Source: Hemiscyllium ocellatum
Lineage: Eukaryota
Length of the DNA: 64,000 nucleotides
Assembly (NCBI RefSeq): GCF_020745735.1
Contig: NC_083408.1
Location: 16,244,484 to 16,308,483, forward strand
Direction of reading: 5' to 3'
The stretch's first letter is position 1. Every line of letters starts with the position of its first letter. Of the stretch, positions 61,481 through 64,000 are shown one piece after another. The notes beneath the pieces were generated by a model. It was not told the DNA's origin and did no database searches. It worked only from the letters and a program-made list of their open reading frames with translations. Made by a program: the position numbers and the translations under genes.

Positions 61481-63569
61481 CCAGCAATTTCTCTCAGGTT
61501 GTTAGATTCCACATTAAAAATACAATTTCGCCACATGACAAATCAAACATACTTTTTCGGCACTGATTTCTTTTCTGTGGAATTGAGACTAACATTTTTT
61601 TGAATGCTCGGTCTGGTAAAGTGCAATTCATTAATAACCACAAAATGCAAAGCAAGCTAAGATGGTGTCTGGGTCTATAATTTATTGTCAAACATTAAAA
61701 AACAGAAGTCTCACAATGCTGCATTTCAAGCCTTGATCAGCTAATTAAATGAAACAAGGTCATACTCCAATCATCATGATCGTGATAAATGGCAGAGCAG
61801 GCTCGAAAGATTGCATGGCCACCTCCTGCTCCAATTCTCTACGTTTCTAAACCGGCTTAAATACCGAAGAAAACTGAGGATTCAGAATTCTCAGCCTACA
61901 TCAGATGTTTTAGGTAAACAGGTAACACATAAGATTTTTCCGTCAGCATATAAAGTTAGTCCATATGATCTCCCAGTGTTGTTGCTTGAGGCTGAGATTA
62001 CAGTTCATTAGAAGCTTTCCCACCACTAAGATGAATATGGTTGCTGGATTTATCCAGACAGTTTTGAACAAAAGTATTTTAAATGTTGTGATTCCATGCC
62101 TGTATTTGAACAAGATAAGGTTGTTGTGGATATTATCACTGCAGCTTCAATGCTACTTTTCTCTGTATTCTCAGGTGTCTCCAATTCAGTTGTTATCAAT
62201 TACAAACACTCAATGACAATCAGCCTCTCTAATTGAAACAGAAATTGCTGGAAAAGCTCAATGGGTCTCAGGACACAAAAACACTAACTCTGCTTTCCCG
62301 CCACAGATGCTGGCAGACCTGCTGAGATTCTCCAGCAGTTTCATTCTTGTTTCCGATTTCCAGCATCTGCAATTTTGTTTTATTTTAGCCTTTCTAAAAC
62401 TTTGTCAAACTTCATCTCATCAAGTGTAAACTACGTTTGGTTTCACCATGAACTGGACATCAACTTCCTCTTCATAATTCCTCAGCCAGGCCCCTGCCCC
62501 TATGAAGTTTAAACGTGGGATTTATGATAATCGGCCCGACTCATTCTTTTGCTACCCTTTCACTGTGTGTGACTGAGGATGACTTTTGTATCCCCTTTTA
62601 AAATTAGGTGCCAGTCTCCCTTATTTTTATTTCTCCTCTGAACTGTCTATATTTAGCATGGTTAACACTTGGGTTAACAATAATTCATGTCCTTTGCAAC
62701 ATCATGCAGGGAATTAGAGTATTGTTTTTGCCACCATTTCCTGCTTGTGGAAATGTTAAGCTGTACTGTACAGCTGAAGCTGAACACTGCCCAGATTTGT
62801 GCTCAAATGTCCTTGCTCAAATGCCCCCTTGACCTTTGAACACAGCTCTCCTCCAACTCAGAATTATTCTGGATTTTCCTTGTTCATTTTATACACAAGC
62901 TGAAAACGTTTGATACAATGATCATTGCTTCCTTAAATGATCCCAGTCTAATATTCAATGCACTTTACACAATTTTTTTATGCACACAAATTATGAAGTT
63001 GGCAGTGCAGACTGAAAATATTGTGGTAGATTAGAAATGTAGTTTCTGCAGGTGGTGGTGGTTAGAGATGTTGCTTTTGCAGATGGGTGACTGGGTGTTG
63101 TGGGGGGAGGGGAAAGGGAACATTTCACAAACGGTCGCGGGATTCTTGCAGTATATTTAAGGCTAAGATTTAAACTAATATAACGGTTTTTATTTAAGAA
63201 GTAGTTTTAAACTAAGAAATAACTTTAACGTGTTGTAGCTGATCACAAAAGAAGCAGTAGGGGCATTTCACAATAAGCTTATAGTATGATAAGGGTAACT
63301 GGATAAAATAACAGACAGGCAGTAACAGGCAAGGACCAGGGCAGCAGGGGAGTTAGAATAGGAAAATTAAAGAAAAACAAGTGTGGTAAACGGCTTATGA
63401 TAGGATGAGATTAGACCAATGAGAAAAGGGAGGCAGATGCAGCAACTTGCAAACTGAACAAAGAAAGTTTAGATCTTTGTTTCGCGCGCATTTCTGCTAG
63501 ATTGCAGAGGCTTACAAGGCTGCAATAAATTGTTCTTGTTTCCAAGGCTTTGTTTCAGGCTGATTTCTG

Positions 63570-63900
63570 AATGAGTCTTGTTTCTCACAGATATCATTAG
63601 GATTCTGAACATTATAAATAGGACCGTGGCATGCAAAGAAAAAGGAAATTATGACAAATGGTTATAAACAGTCCTGCTTTTCCCTCATGTCTAGTGTTTA
63701 TGCAGCACGCTTCAGGAGTGGATTTGAGAAGGTGCACAAAAGGTACATAAAAATGGTACCAGAGATGAGCAACTGGACACCGATGTGGATAGTTTGGAGA
63801 AATTCGGGTTGCTCTTTATGGAGAACAGAGTATGAAGAAGACATTGTACACGTGCCCAAAATCATGAGGGATATGGATAGAGTAGAGTAAAAGGGTAGGA
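63570..63900 (+). mobile_element. Old CR1 3' fragment
   Basis: Resembles the end of CR1 ORF2 (EKVHKRYIKMVPEM). Confidence 0.55.
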
Positions 63901-64000
63901 GAATGCATCTGGATTAGTTACTTTTTGAAGGGTTGGTGTGGACTTGTTGGGTTAAGTGGCCTTTTTTTCCATTCTGCATGGATTGCATTTTAAAAAGGCT

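Noticed and set aside
62440-62500. TGGACATCAACTTCCTCTTCATAATTCCTCAGC as a decayed mu TM exon (WT.TS..FI..FLS)
   Set aside because: Too short, needs several indels, and has no downstream YSAAVTLVK match; compatible with chance.

Overview
Eukaryotic, repeat-rich DNA from a cartilaginous fish. This is inferred from HE1-like and Deu-domain SINEs, shark-type CR1 LINEs and a shark-type immunoglobulin cluster; an orectolobiform/bamboo-type shark is a guess only. Main feature: a complete, unrearranged shark IgM heavy-chain cluster on the + strand (leader-VH-D1-D2-JH-Cmu1-Cmu2-Cmu3-Cmu4/secretory tail, ~43.75-54.84 kb) with the 23/12-22/12-12/23 RSS layout. It is a pseudogene: the leader, V, J and all four C exons carry frameshifts, stops or broken splice sites, and a deletion in Cmu4 removes the expected membrane-form splice donor. 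The left half holds a 33-bp satellite (1-1630), several decayed C2H2 zinc-finger gene remnants with CCAAT-box promoter-like modules, and many nested CR1/L2, Penelope-like (PLE) and SINE insertions. A Ty3/Gypsy RT-RNaseH remnant lies near the right end. Non-obvious signals: (i) hammerhead-ribozyme motifs in at least three PLE-related families, including short hairpin insertions with 13-17 bp TSDs; (ii) the satellite unit matches the body of an LF-SINE-like element also present in the window; (iii) a ~550-bp inverted repeat upstream of the VH, one arm of which is split by a later CR1. I found no intact host protein-coding gene. Most ORFs in the supplied track are repeat-derived or spurious. Family names rest on recalled consensus motifs, not database searches.
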